From contig CM082577.2 of assembly GCA_040954595.2 (NCBI GenBank), positions 2,542,001 to 2,606,000 of the forward strand: a stretch of DNA of 64,000 nucleotides, given 5' to 3'. Below the pieces are notes generated by a model. That model did not search any database. It saw only the letters and a list, made by a program, of their open reading frames with translations, and was not told where the DNA came from. Each line of letters starts with the position of its first letter. The first letter of the stretch is position 1. Source of the DNA: Balanoglossus misakiensis (taxonomy: Eukaryota; Animalia; Hemichordata). A program made the position numbers and the translations under genes. Below are positions 45,849-60,800 of the stretch, in pieces.

Positions 45849-48800
45849 AAAAATGAAGAAATTTTGAAAATTCGGGAAGTCGAAATATTGTCATTTTTGG
45901 ATGATTTTCATGAGCTATAACCCATGATTTTTATTAAAAAATGAAGAAATTTTGAAAATTCGCAAAGTCGAAAAATTGTCAATTTGGGATGATTTTCATG
46001 AGCTATAACCCATGATTTTTATTAAAAAATGAAGAAATTTTGAAAATTCGGGAAGTCGAAAAATTGTCATTTTTTCATGATTTTCATGAACTAAAACCCA
46101 TGATTTTTATTAAAAAATGAAGAAATTTTGAAAATTCGGGAAGTCTAAAAATTGTCATTTTTTCATGATTTTCATGAGCTAAAACCCATGATTTTTATTA
46201 AAAAATGAAGAAATTTTGAAAATTCGGGAAGTCGAAAAATTGTCATTTTTGGATGATTTTCATGAGCTATAACCCATGATTTTTGTTAAAAATTGAAGAA
46301 ATTTTGAAAATTCGCAAAGACGAAAAATTGTCATTTTTTCATGATTTTCATGAGCTATAACCCATGATTTTTATTAAAAAATGAAGAAATTTCGAAAATT
46401 CGGGAAGTCGAAAAATTGCCATTTTTTGATGATTTTCATGAGCTATAACCCATGATTTTTATTAAAAAATGAAGAAATTTTGAAAATTCGGGAAGTCCAA
46501 AAATTGTCATTTTTTCATGATTTTCATGAGCTATAACCCATGATTTTTATTAAAAAATGAAGAAATTTTGAAAATTCGGGAAGTCGAAAAATTGTCATTT
46601 TTTCATGATTTTCATGAGCTATAACCCATGATTTTTATTAAAAAATGAAGAAATTTTGAAAATTCGGGAAGTCGAAAAATTGTCATTTTTTCATGATTTT
46701 CATGAGCTATAACCCATGATTTTGATTAAAAAATGAAGAAATTTCGAAAATTCGCAAAGACGAAAAATTATCATTTTTGGATGATTTTCATGAGCTATAA
46801 CCCATGATTTTTATTAAAAAATGAAGAAATTTTGAAAATTCGCAAAGTCGAAAAATTGTCATTTTTTCATGATTTTCATGAGCTATAACCCATGATTTTT
46901 ATTAAAAAATGAAGAAATTTTGAAAATTCGGGAAGTCGAAAAATTGTCATTTTTTCATGATTTTCATGAGCTATAACCCATGATTTTTATTAAAAAATGA
47001 AGAAATTTTGAAAATTCCGGAAGTCGAAAAATTGTCATTTTTTCATGAGCTATAACCCATGATTTTTATTAAAAAATGAAGAAATTTTGAAAATTCACAA
47101 AGACGAAAAATTGTCATTTTTGGATGATTTTCATGAGCTATAACCCATGATTTTTATTAAAAAATGAAGAAATTTTGAATATTCACAAAGTCGAAAAATT
47201 GCCATTTTTGGATGATTTTCATGAGCTATAACCCATGATTTTTATTAAAAAATGAAGAAATTTTGAAAATTCTCAAAGACGAAAAATTGTCATTTTTTCA
47301 TGATTTTCATGAGCTATAACCCATGATTTTGTTTAAAAAGATGAAGAAATTTCGAAAATTCGCAAAGTCGAAAAATTGTCATTTTGGGATGATTTTCATG
47401 AGCTATAACCCATGATTTTTATTAAAAAATGAAGAAATTTCGAAAATTCGGGAAGTCGAAAAATTGTCATTTTTTAATGATTTTCATGAGCTATAACCCA
47501 TGATTTTTATTAAAAAATGAAGATATTTTGAAAATTCACAAAGACGAAAAATTGTCATTTTTGGATGATTTTCATGAGCTATAACCCATGATTTTTATTA
47601 AAAAATGAAGAAATTTTGAAAATTCGCAAAGTCGAAAAATTGTCATTTTTTCATGATTTTCATGAGCTATAACCCATGATTTTTATTAAAACATGAAGAA
47701 ATTTTGAAAATTCGGGAAGTCGAAAAATTGTCATTTTTTAATGATTTTCATGAGCTATAACCCATGATTTTTATTAAAAAATGAAGAAATTTTGAAAATT
47801 CGCAAAGTCGAAAAATTGTCATTTTTTCATGATTTTCATGAGCTATAACCCATGATTTTTATTAAAAAATGAAGAAATTTTGAAAATTCGGGAAGTCGAA
47901 AAATTGTCATTTTTTCATGATTTTCATGAGCTATAACCCATGATTTTTATTAAAAAATGAAGAAATTTCGAAAATTCGCAAAGACGAAAAATTGTCATTT
48001 TTGGATGATTTTCATGAGCTATAACCCATGATTTTGATTAAAAAATGAAGAAATTTCGAAAATTCGCAAAGACGAAAAATTATCATTTTTGGATGATTTT
48101 CATGAGCTATAACCCATGATTTTTATTAAAAAATGAAGAAATTTTGAAAATTCGCAAAGTCGAAAAATTGTCATTTTTTCATGATTTTCATGAGCTATAA
48201 CCCATGATTTTTATTAAAAAATGAAGAAATTTTGAAAATTCGGGAAGTCGAAAAATTGTCATTTTTTCATGATTTTCATGAGCTATAACCCATGATTTTT
48301 ATTAAAAAATGAAGAAATTTTGAAAATTCCGGAAGTCGAAAAATTGTCATTTTTTCATGAGCTATAACCCATGATTTTTATTAAAAAATGAAGAAATTTT
48401 GAAAATTCACAAAGACGAAAAATTGTCATTTTTGGATGATTTTCATGAGCTATAACCCATGATTTTTATTAAAAAATGAAGAAATTTTGAATATTCACAA
48501 AGTCGAAAAATTGCCATTTTTGGATGATTTTCATGAGCTATAACCCATGATTTTTATTAAAAAATGAAGAAATTTTGAAAATTCTCAAAGACGAAAAATT
48601 GTCATTTTTTCATGATTTTCATGAGCTATAACCCATGATTTTGTTTAAAAAGATGAAGAAATTTCGAAAATTCGCAAAGTCGAAAAATTGTCATTTTGGG
48701 ATGATTTTCATGAGCTATAACCCATGATTTTTATTAAAAAATGAAGAAATTTCGAAAATTCGGGAAGTCGAAAAATTGTCATTTTTTAATGATTTTCATG

Positions 48801-51800
48801 AGCTATAACCCATGATTTTTATTAAAAAATGAAGATATTTTGAAAATTCACAAAGACGAAAAATTGTCATTTTTGGATGATTTTCATGAGCTATAACCCA
48901 TGATTTTTATTAAAAAATGAAGAAATTTTGAAAATTCGCAAAGTCGAAAAATTGTCATTTTTTCATGATTTTCATGAGCTATAACCCATGATTTTTATTA
49001 AAACATGAAGAAATTTTGAAAATTCGGGAAGTCGAAAAATTGTCATTTTTTAATGATTTTCATGAGCTATAACCCATGATTTTTATTAAAAAATGAAGAA
49101 ATTTTGAAAATTCGCAAAGTCGAAAAATTGTCATTTTTTCATGATTTTCATGAGCTATAACCCATGATTTTTATTAAAAAATGAAGAAATTTTGAAAATT
49201 CGGGAAGTCGAAAAATTGTCATTTTTTCATGATTTTCATGAGCTATAACCCATGATTTTTATTAAAAAATGAAGAAATTTCGAAAATTCGCAAAGACGAA
49301 AAATTGTCATTTTTGGATGATTTTCATGAGCTATAACCCATGATTTTTATTAAAAAATGAAGAAATTTTGAAAATTCGCAAAGTCGAAAAATTGTCATTT
49401 TTTCATGATTTTCATGAGCTATAACCCATGATTTTTATTAAAAAATGAAGAAATTTTGAAAATTCGGGAAGTCGAAAAATTGTCATTTTTTCATGATTTT
49501 CATGAGCTATAACCCATGATTTTTATTAAAAAATGAAGAAATTTTGAAAATTCGGGAAGTCGAAAAATTGTCATTTTTTCATGATTTTCATGAGCTATAA
49601 CCCATGATTTTTATTAAAAAATGAAGAAATTTTGAAAATTCGGGAAGTCGAAAAATTGTCATTTTTTCATGATTTTCATGAGCTATAACCCATGATTTTT
49701 ATTAAAAAATGAAGAAATTTTGAAAATTCGCAAAGACGAAAAATTGTCATTTTTTCATGATTTTCATGAGCTATAACCCATGATTTTTATTAAAAAATGA
49801 AGAAATTTTGAAAATTCACAAAGACGAAAAATTGTCATTTTTGGATGAATTTCATGAGCTATAACCCATGATTTTTATTAAAAAATGAAGAAATTTTGAA
49901 AATTCGCAAAGACGAAAAATTGTCATTTTTTCATTATTTTCATGAGCTATAACCCATGATTTTTATTAAAAAATGAAGAAATTTTGAAAATTCGGGAAGT
50001 CGAAAAATTGTCATTTTTTAATGATTTTCATGAGCTATAACCCATGATTTTTATTAAAAAATGAAGATATTTTGAAAATTCACAAAGACGAAAAATTGTC
50101 ATTTTTGGATGATTTTCATGAGCTATAACCCATGATTTTTATTAAAAAATGAAGAAATTTTGAAAATTCGCAAAGTCGAAAAATTGTCATTTTTTCATGA
50201 TTTTCATGAGCTATAACCCATGATTTTTATTAAAAAATGAAGAAATTTTGAAAATTCGGGAAGTCGAAAAATTGTCATTTTTTAATGATTTTCATGAGCT
50301 ATAACCCATGATTTTTATTAAAAAATGAAGAAATTTCGAAAATTCGCAAAGACGAAAAATTGTCATTTTTGGATGATTTTCATGAGCTATAACCCATGAT
50401 TTTTATTAAAAAATGAAGAAATTTTGAAAATTCGCAAAGTCGAAAAATTGTCATTTTTTCATGATTTTCATGAGCTATAGCCCATGATTTTTATTAAAAA
50501 ATGAAGAAATTTTGAAAATTCGGGAAGTCGAAAAATTGTCATTTTTTCATGATTTTCATGAGCTATAACCCATGATTTTTATTAAAAAATGAAGAAATTT
50601 CGAAAATTCGCAAAGACGAAAAATTGTCATTTTTGGATGATTTTCATGAGCTATAACCCATGATTTTTATTAAAAAATGAAGAAATTTTGAAAATTCGCA
50701 AAGTCGAAAAATTGTCATTTTTTCATGATTTTCATGAGCTATAACCCATGATTTTTATTAAAAAATGAAGAAATTTTGAAAATTCGCAAAGACGAAAAAT
50801 TGTCATTTTTTCATGATTTTCATGAGCTATAACCCATGATTTTTATTAAAAAATGAAGAAATTTTGAAAATTCGGGAAGTCGAAAAATCGTCATTTTTTA
50901 ATGATTTTCATGAGCTATAACCCATGATTTTCATTAAAAAATGAAGAAATTTTGAAAATTCACAAAGACGAAAAATTGTCATTTTTGGATGATTTTCATG
51001 AGCTATAACCCATGATTTTTATTAAAAAATGAAGAAATTTTGAAAATTCGCAAAGTCGAAAAATTGTCATTTTTTCATGATTTTCATGAGCTATAACCCA
51101 TGATTTTTATTAAAAAATGAAGAAATTTTGAAAATTCGGGAAGTCGAAAAATTGTCATTTTTGGATGATTTTCATGAGCTATAACCCATGATTTTTATTA
51201 AAAAATGAAGAAATTTTGAAAATTCTGGAAGTCGAAAAATTGTCATTTTTTCATGATTTTCATGAGCTATAACCCATGATTTTTATTAAAAAATGAAGAA
51301 ATTTTGAAAATTCACAAAGACGAAAAATTGTCATTTTTGGATGATTTTCATGAGCTATAACCCATGATTTTTATTAAAAAATGAAGAAATTTTGAAAATT
51401 CGCAAAGACGAAAAATTGTCATTTTTTCATGATTTTCATGAGCTATAACCCATGATTTTTATTAAAAAATGAAGAAATTTTGAAAATTCGGGAAGTCGAA
51501 AAATTGTCATTTTTTCATGATTTTCATGAGCTATAACCCATGATTTTTATTAAAAAATGAAGAAATTTTGAAAATTCACAAAGACGAAAAATTGTCATTT
51601 TTGGATGATTTTCATGAGCTATAACCCATGATTTTTATTAAAAAATGAAGAAATTTTGAAAATTCGGGAAGTCTAAAAAATTGCCATTTTTGGATGATTT
51701 TCATGAGCTATAACCCATGATTTTTATTAAAAAATGAAGAAATTTTGAAAATTCGGGAAGTCGAAAAATTGTCATTTTTTCATGATTTTCATGAGGTATA

Positions 51801-53868
51801 ACCCATGATTTTTATTAAAAAATGAAGAAATTTTGAAAATTCGCAAAGTCGAAAAATTGTCATTTTTTCATGATTTTCATGAGCTATAACCCATGATTTT
51901 TATTAAAAAATGAAGAAATTTTGAAAATTCGGGAAGTCGAAAAATTGTCATTTTTTCATGATTTTCATGAGCTATAACCCATGATTTTTATTAAAAAATG
52001 AAGAAATTTTGAAAATTCGGGAAGTCGAAAAATTGTCATTTTTTCATGATTTTCATGAGCTATAACCCATGATTTTTATTAAAAAATGAAGAAATTTTGA
52101 AAATTCACAAAGACGAAAAATTGTCATTTTTGGATGATTTTCATGAGCTATAACCCATGATTTTTATTAAAAAATGAAGAAATTTTGAAAATTCGCAAAG
52201 ACGAAAAATTGTCATTTTTTCATGATTTTCATGAGCTATAACCCATGATTTTTATTAAAAAATGAAGAAATTTTGAAAATTCGGGAAGTCTAAAAAATTG
52301 CCATTTTTTGATGATTTTCATGAGCTATAACCCATGATTTTTATTAAAAAATGAAGAAATTTTGAAAATTCGGGAAGTCGAAAAATTGTCATTTTTTCAT
52401 GATTTTCATGAGCTATAACCCATGATTTTTATTAAAAAATGAAGAAATTTTGAAAATTCGGGAAGTCGATATATTGTCATTTTTGGATGATTTTCATGAG
52501 CTATAACCCATGATTTTTATTAAAAAATGAAGAAATTTCAAAAAATTCACAAAGACGAAAAATTGCCATTTTTTGATGATTTTCATGAGCTATAACCCAT
52601 GATTTTTATTAAAAAATGAGGAAATTTTGAAAATTCGCAAAGTCGCAAAATTGTCATTTTTTCATGATTTTCATGAGCTATAACCCATGAATTTTATTAA
52701 AAAATGAGGAAATTTTGAAAATTCGCAAAGTCGCAAAATTGTCATTTTTTCATGATTTTCATGAGCTATAACCCATGATTTTTTATTAAAAAATGAAGAA
52801 ATTTTGAAAATTCGGGAAGTCGAAAAATTGTCATTTTTTCATGATTTTCATGAGCTATAACCCATGATTTTTATTAAAAAATGAAGAAATTTTGAAAATT
52901 CGGGAAGTCGAAAAATTGTCATTTTTTCATGATTTTCATGAGCTATAACCCATGATTTTTATTAAAAAATGAAGAAATTTTGAAAATTCACAAAGACGAA
53001 AAATTGTCATTTTTGGATGATTTTCATGAGCTATAACCCATGATTTTTATTAAAAAATGAAGAAATTTTGAAAATTCGCAAAGACGAAAAATTGTCATTT
53101 TTTCATGATTTTCATGAGCTATAACCCATGATTTTTATTAAAAAATGAAGAAATTTTGAAAATTCGGGAAGTCTAAAAAATTGCCATTTTTTGATGATTT
53201 TCATGAGCTATAACCCATGATTTTTATTAAAAAATGAAGAAATTTTGAAAATTCGGGAAGTCGAAAAATTGTCATTTTTTCATGATTTTCATGAGCTATA
53301 ACCCATGATTTTTATTAAAAAATGAAGAAATTTTGAAAATTCGGGAAGTCGATATATTGTCATTTTTGGATGATTTTCATGAGCTATAACCCATGATTTT
53401 TATTAAAAAATGAAGAAATTTCAAAAAATTCACAAAGACGCAAAATTGCCATTTTTTGATGATTTTCATGAGCTATAACCCATGATTTTTATTAAAAAAT
53501 GAGGAAATTTTGAAAATTCGCAAAGTCGCAAAATTGTCATTTTTTCATGATTTTCATGAGCTATAACCAATGAATTTTATTAAAAAATGAGGAAATTTTG
53601 AAAATTCGCAAAGTCGCAAAATTGTCATTTTTTCATGATTTTCATGAGCTATAACCCATGATTTTTTATTAAAAAATGAAGAAATTTTGAAAATTCGGGA
53701 AGTCGATATATTGTCATTTTTGGATGATTTTCATGAGCTATAACCCATGATTTTTATTAAAAAATGAAGAAATTTTGAATATTCACAAAGAAAAAAAATT
53801 GCCATTTTTGATGATTTTCATGAGCTATAACCCATGATTTTTATTAAAAAATGAAGAAATTTCGAAAT
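45843..53868. repeat. 88-bp satellite, main block (~91 units) with higher-order repeats
   Basis: Period 88 (e.g. 46551 to 46639); rare variants recur at 1312-bp and 883-bp spacing. Confidence 0.97.
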
Positions 53869-54859
53869 TGTGTACACTCAAAGTTACAACAAATACTAGG
53901 ACACTCCAAGAATGTCATACATACAATGGTCCTGCAGGAGTAGTTTAGGTAAAAATACATTATTTCAGTGATACATGATTATGCAGTAAAAATAATAATA
54001 AATTTATTCAGTTCTATTGACACAACAACAGTCACTTGAGGGGTCGTTTTCTCTTACTGGAGATCCTAATCCAGGGGCTTTAAAAGCATAAAAGATACAT
54101 CTGGCAAGATTTTGTATTGAATACAATTTTTCTGTCTGAAGCAATAAAACTAATTTCCAAACATGATATTTAGTGGAATTGTTTTGCAATAATACAGCAT
54201 AAGCAGTAGAATCAGAATACAACTCTTAAAATTAAATCACCTTTTTGATAAAGTTATTCTTATACAGGCACTTCATAGTAACATCATCATATTCTTGCAT
54301 TTTTTGCATAAAAAATAAACCTGTTGAAGGTGATATATTGTAAAAAAAATATTATACTATAACCTGATAAGATATACAACCACAGCATAAACAGTTATAC
54401 TTTTTTAAAAGCCTCATATTGTTCTTTAAAGACGATTCTACACTTAATTCAAAACCAAGCATAAAACACTTGGAGTAAAATGGTATGGCTTTCATGACCA
54501 TGAATTACATCAAACATACATCTAAATATTAATTATGTGTTTATATTTAAATGTCACTGTTCTAACTTTCTGAATAACAAATTGCTGGTGCAAAACTAAA
54601 TGTCACGGCATGATTTCAGTTTAACATTCTGAAGAAAAGACTACATCTACTCAAACTGGACAAGAGTGCTTGAAATTCCAATTCTCTAAAAAACAGAATG
54701 CAGCTAGTGTTTTACAGTTCTTTCATAAAGAAAAGCACGTCCAGATCACATGTACTTGATGATATGAAGAGATGGCACATGTGTCCTGGAACTACAGGAA
54801 TGTGCGCAGAAGTATACATACAAGTAGTTCTATTGTTCTGTCGTATTTTAGTCGTGGAC

Positions 54860-57800
54860 TTATGTTTCTATTGTTGTATTTGAACCTGGTGATGATGCTG
54901 TTCTTGTTACACCAGACCCAGAGGTTTTGTCAAAGCAATGCATAAGGACCTGAAAAAGTAGACAAATGAAGCATGCTATCAGTCCAGGAAAGTGGGAAGG
55001 TAGGTGGGGGTCAGTGGATCTTTAGGTAGGCATGATGTTGTGCTAGAATAAAAAATACATTACTTCAGATCAAGTTTATCATATATGAACCAAATTTACT
55101 GACATGTACGTGGTTCTGAGAAAGATTAAAAATGCTCTAATTTGCAATAAATTGTCAATAAAGCGTCTCACAATGCAACTAGTTTCTACTGTGATATATT
55201 CATGAAACCAGGATCGCGAGCATGTTACATAAAATATGTTGATAAAGTTCTCGTTGTCCAAAAGAGACTCCAAACTTACTGATGCTGTGAATGTAGTCAG
55301 GAAAAACACACACACAATTGCCACGCCAATTATCGAGATATAATCAACCCATTTTCTGTGCTCTGGCTCTGTTTTCCAACATTTACTGCAACAACTAAAC
55401 ACCGCACAACTCAGGCTGATTAATCCTCCAATTATTCCGACAGAAGTTACAATCAGGAAGCCTAACTGGAGATCTTGATTTGCAAAGGTACACCCATCCC
55501 ATGTGATTATTATAAGTAGTGCCCCAGATGCAATGAGAGTTATAAATATCCAGAAACTTGTGCAGTATATCTGAAATATCGAACAAGTTAGAAAGCATTT
55601 AGTCAAAAGAACAGTGCACAAAAGATTTTCAAGGTCATAATAAACAACCTGTAAAGGCTGTGGTGGATTCGGCAGACATCAGTGAAATTACCATTGAAGG
55701 GTTGGGGTGGTAGGGTGGGGGTAGGGTAACATACATTTTCATTAAAAAAGCAATAGAGCCAATCGGGGAGGGGCGTCTCAGTCATGGTGGCAATTGTACG
55801 TACTGAAGCCACTTTGTGAAGCAATCAGTCACTGGCTAATTCCAATGATGCATATGCTCATGAATTTTTTAAATGTCCCATTCACATGATAATTCCAGTT
55901 TCCCAGTGAAATCTGCAAGAGATCAGACTCATAGGACTGTAATGGTCAAGCAACATTGTATATGTTAGAGTAAAAGTTTAAAAGACACGTGCACTGTATG
56001 CAAGAATGAGTTTAAATGTGATGTTAAGTTTGATAACACTCAGCACAATCCCTTTTAATGTAGTGCCTGTAAAATGTACTAATTGTTTCTTTGTTGATCA
56101 TTTCATTACCAGGGGTGAGCAAATCCACTAGCACAAGCTCAGAGAAGGGTCCACCAGCCTACCTCCAGCGTGGGGGCCGCTCTAGTCAGGGGACCCTCCA
56201 GGCCCAGGCCAGTGTATTTACTGCATGCCAGGCGAGCGGCTTCGGACTGTACCATTCTGTGGTGGCGATGGTTAGCATTAGGATAAGGGTTACTGTTAGC
56301 GTAGGTTACTGTACATGTATACCGAAACTTGACCTATTCACAAACTAAATCACTTTGGTTATTTTAAATACAGTCCTAACCTTAAACCTTAATCTAACCC
56401 TAACCCTAAGGCTAACCTTCGCCACCGTTCCTCGTCAGGAGCAGTCGTGCTCAGATACGAGTGTTCCCGAAAAGGAGGTTGCATAGTATTTCCACGTTGG
56501 AGCATGGACGTACATGGTTGGAGCGTCCTGGCCCCCACGTTGGAGTGTCCCTGCTTCAGAGCGGCCCCTAGGCTGGAGGAGTGCTGGCGTACTTGTGTGG
56601 CAAGCTCATGGGCTTGTACTAGTAGTAGGTTTTCTTAGGACTGGAATAATAGATTTGGACTCTAACTAACCTGGCAGACTAGCAAATTGGTTGGTTTTAA
56701 TAAAGAGATCGAACTTATGGCAAGCTAAAACTGAGGCTGGATTAGTGATATTTTTTGTACAAGTCTTGGGGGTCTTACAAGGGTTTGCCCAACCTTGTGA
56801 ATCGTGACATGACATGACAACACAGACATCCACTTACCACACATTTACCACATGTAATATCTCTGCATGGAGTACTCGAATTTACACCTACAGAAAGAAA
56901 TGGAAATATGAAATGGCAAACAGTGGTCTCAGATATTGCGTTTAAAAACCCAAACAATGTCATTAACCCTAATGCTTCTGGGTGTCATGGCTGTTTAGTG
57001 TCAAGTCCCTGAAAATACGTATGTGCCATTTTTCTTCTTAAACATATTTTGTTCAAAGGAGTGAAGATTTTAAACCATTGAAGGGACAAAGTCTCTCTCT
57101 CACTGTTCTTTTTTCATTAATTATGTTTGATACAAGACACTTTATGTTATTCTACATGTGGATATATAGTGAATCAACGTTTGACCACACACAATTTCCA
57201 TCTCGTTTGTAGGATATGAGTAAAAAACTCTGCAAAATGAATAAATGGTAGAGACCGATTATTCATTTTGGCTTCGCTTGGTGATTATTTCCCGCTAAAT
57301 ATGCTAATTTTCACCTGAGTGGTCTTATATCTGCAACCAAATACCCTCGCTAGCTGCTTATAAATGCCAGTATTTGAGCTGAGACGTTTTCAGAAGCACT
57401 TCAAATGCATGTGTGTGTGTGAATTACCCCCTAAGTGTCTCTGCAGTATCGCCATATGAACCATATGCTCTTGGACACAAATAAGCTGGGAATAGGCTGG
57501 TTCTGGTGAGAGTGGATACTGTGGAATACTGTCATGGTGTGGCCATTCAGCCATTCAAACAAACTAATGACAAAATGTAGTACAGAAAACATTCACAAAT
57601 CTCAGCAAATAACTCACTTGTAGTAGCTGGTGTTGTCATGACAGTACTCTTTACTTGCTCTGCTCCAGTACCACTAACAGTGCACAAACTAATGATGTAT
57701 TTCGTATCTCCCATCAACCCGTTAAAGGTGAATGATGTTTCACTTTTGTTGATGGTCATGGTGACAGGGTCTGAAGATGATGGTGATTCTGCACTTTCGG

Positions 57801-60800
57801 GTGAAATACTTATTTCATAAGAATCAAACTGACCTGATGTTGGTGGGCTGAACTCTACTGTGATGCTGTCACTTGAGTCACTGGTGACTCTTAAACTGGA
57901 TGGTTGGCTTGGCTCTGTCAGTGTATAGCATGAAAGGTGTAAAAACTTAAGGTGATTACATTAGAAAGATTGAAATAAAAAGGATGCCATATAATCCTTC
58001 AATTTCACAAGTTAGAGGTGCCTTTATGTTGCATAATCATTTTCAGATGTACATTTACTTTCTCATTTGAACCAAAATTTGGTTCGCTTTCTTTGTTCAC
58101 TTCACACATGATATACCCCGGTAATAGAAAAGTTGCAATGTTTGCATTTACTGGGAAATTAATGCTTTACTTAATTCTTTACAGTTACAACTTACATGTA
58201 CCTTGTTCATTTGGCTGCAGATCAATCAATCAGAGAAATTTGTATAGCGCCAGTATCTATAACAAGTGTCATACTCAAAGGCGCTTGTGCTCATTCGCCC
58301 ACACCATATTGCTCTCAGATGGTGGATTAACTGATCTGAAGATTTTAGAACCTGTACATGGAGCCTTGGAGATATGTACCTCTGTATAGCAGCAATTCAG
58401 TAGCTCGTTTTGCCTCGTTTGTGTAATGTGTTGCTGTCCAGCACACAAACAAGGCAAATCGAGCTGTTGAACTGCGCAGCTATTCTGTGTGATCATTTTC
58501 TATCAGCTCATAATTATTATCAAGGCAGTCTGCGTGTACTTATTTATGACAATGTCAGTGTGATTGTGAATAAATAAAGTGAAATCTACTCACTGCTCGA
58601 GACTTGAGTGTTTTGTACACCATGGGCAAGAGCTACTGCGACAGGTGTTCGTACAGTTCCACAAATGTTCTTCCAGTTTTCTGTCAGTGTATAGCCTGAA
58701 AGGTGTAAAAACTTAAGGTGATTACATTAGAAAGATTGAAATAAAAAGGATGCCATATAATCCTTCAATTTCACAAGTTAGAGGTGCCTTTATGTTGCAT
58801 AATCATTTTCAGATGTACATTTACTTTCTCATTTGTCATCAAATTGTGCAGAGACTTAAATTATTATATGTGAAATCTGAACCAAAAAGACTACACAACA
58901 GTTTACTTAATTCTCTAAAGTTACACGTACTTGAAGGTTCTATATGTACCATGGGACGGCTCAATTGATTTGGAGGTTCTATATGTACCATGGGACGGAT
59001 CAATTGATGTAAAGCATTATCAGCCACTGCCTCTTCATCTTGACTTTGTAGCAAAGGATCCTGTATGCTACCAACATCGATTTCACTTTCATTCAGCGGA
59101 TCATCTGCAGAATATATAACCATCATCAATGATTGTACAGATCCAAAATCTACTTTCTTAATGGTTGCAGATTCCAAGATGGAACCTACGATGTCATTTG
59201 TTCAACAATAATTGCAATTCTGCCACACAATCTGAGAATTTATTCCAATTGTAGTTCACATATTCTTTAGATCTTCATTTAGATTCAATATGGAGTTCTG
59301 TGTTGGTAAGTTATCCAAATGCATCAGGGTACAATGTATGAATTCAATGCCCTGCCGTATCAGCTGCTTTCAATGCTCTCTGGGCCTGGGTGAACATCAC
59401 TATCAGAATGTTTACAAACCTGACAAATAATTAAGCAATAAGCGAACCAAAATTTGGTTCGCTTTCTTTGTTCACTTCACACATGATATACCCCGGTAAT
59501 AGAAAAGTTGCAATGTTTGCATTTACTGGGAAATTAATGCTTTACTTAATTCTTTACAGTTACAACTTACATGTACCTTGTTCATTTGGCTGCAGATCAA
59601 TCAATCAATCAATCAGAGAAATTTGTATAGCGCCAGTATCTATAACAAGTGTCATACTCAAAGGCGCTTGTGCTCATTCGCCCACACCATATTGCTCTCA
59701 GATGGTGGATTAACTGATCTGAAGATTTTAGAACCTGTACATGGAGCCTTGGAGATATGTACCTCTGTATAGCAGCAATTCAGTAGCTCGTTTTGCCTCG
59801 TTTGTGTAATGTGTTGCTGTCCAGCACACAAACAAGGCAAATCGAGCTGTTGAACTGCGCAGCTATTCTGTGTGATCATTTTCTATCAGCTCATAATTAT
59901 TATCAAGGCAGTCTGCGTGTACTTATTTATGACAATGTCAGTGTGATTGTGAATAAATAAAGTGAAATCTACTCACTGCTCGAGACTTGAGTGTTTTGTA
60001 CACCATGGGCAAGAGCTACTGCGACAGGTGTTCGTACAGTTCCACAAATGTTCTTCCAGTTTTCTGTCAGTGTATAGCATGAAAGGTGTAAAAACTTAAG
60101 GTGATTACATTAGAAAGATTGAAATAAAAAGGATGCCATATAATCCTTCAATTTCACAAGTTAGAGGTGCCTTTATGTTGCATAATCATTTTCAGATGTA
60201 CATTTACTTTCTCATTTGTCATCAAATTGTGCAGAGACTTAAATTATTATATGTGAAATCTGAACCAAAAAGACTACACAACAGTTTACCTAATTCTCTA
60301 AAGTTACACGTACTTGGAGGTTCTATATCTACTATGAGACGGCTCAATTGATGTAAAGCATTATCAGCCACTGCCTCTTCATCTTGACTTTGTAGCAAAG
60401 GATCCTGTATGCTACCAACATCGATTTCACTTTCATTCAGCGGATCATCTGCAGAATATATAACCATCATCAATGATTGTACAGATCCAAAATCTACTTT
60501 CTTAATGGTTGCAGATTCCAAGATGGAACCTGCGATGTCATTTGTTCAACAATAATTGCAATTCTGCCACACAATCTGAGAATTTATTCCAATTGTAGTT
60601 CACATATTCTTTAGATCTTCATTTAGATTCAATATGGAGTTCTGTGTTGGTAAGTTATCCAAATGCATCAGGGTACAATGTATGAATTCAATGCCCTGCC
60701 GTATCAGCTGCCTTCAATGCTCTCTGGGCCTGGGTGAACATCACTATCAGAATGTTTACAAACCTGACAAATAATTAAGCAATAAGCGAACCAAAATTTG

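Noticed and set aside
43575-53868. Satellite as a CRISPR-like repeat-spacer array
   Set aside because: Variable slots are a few recurring point variants rather than unique spacers; no cas genes; eukaryotic context.
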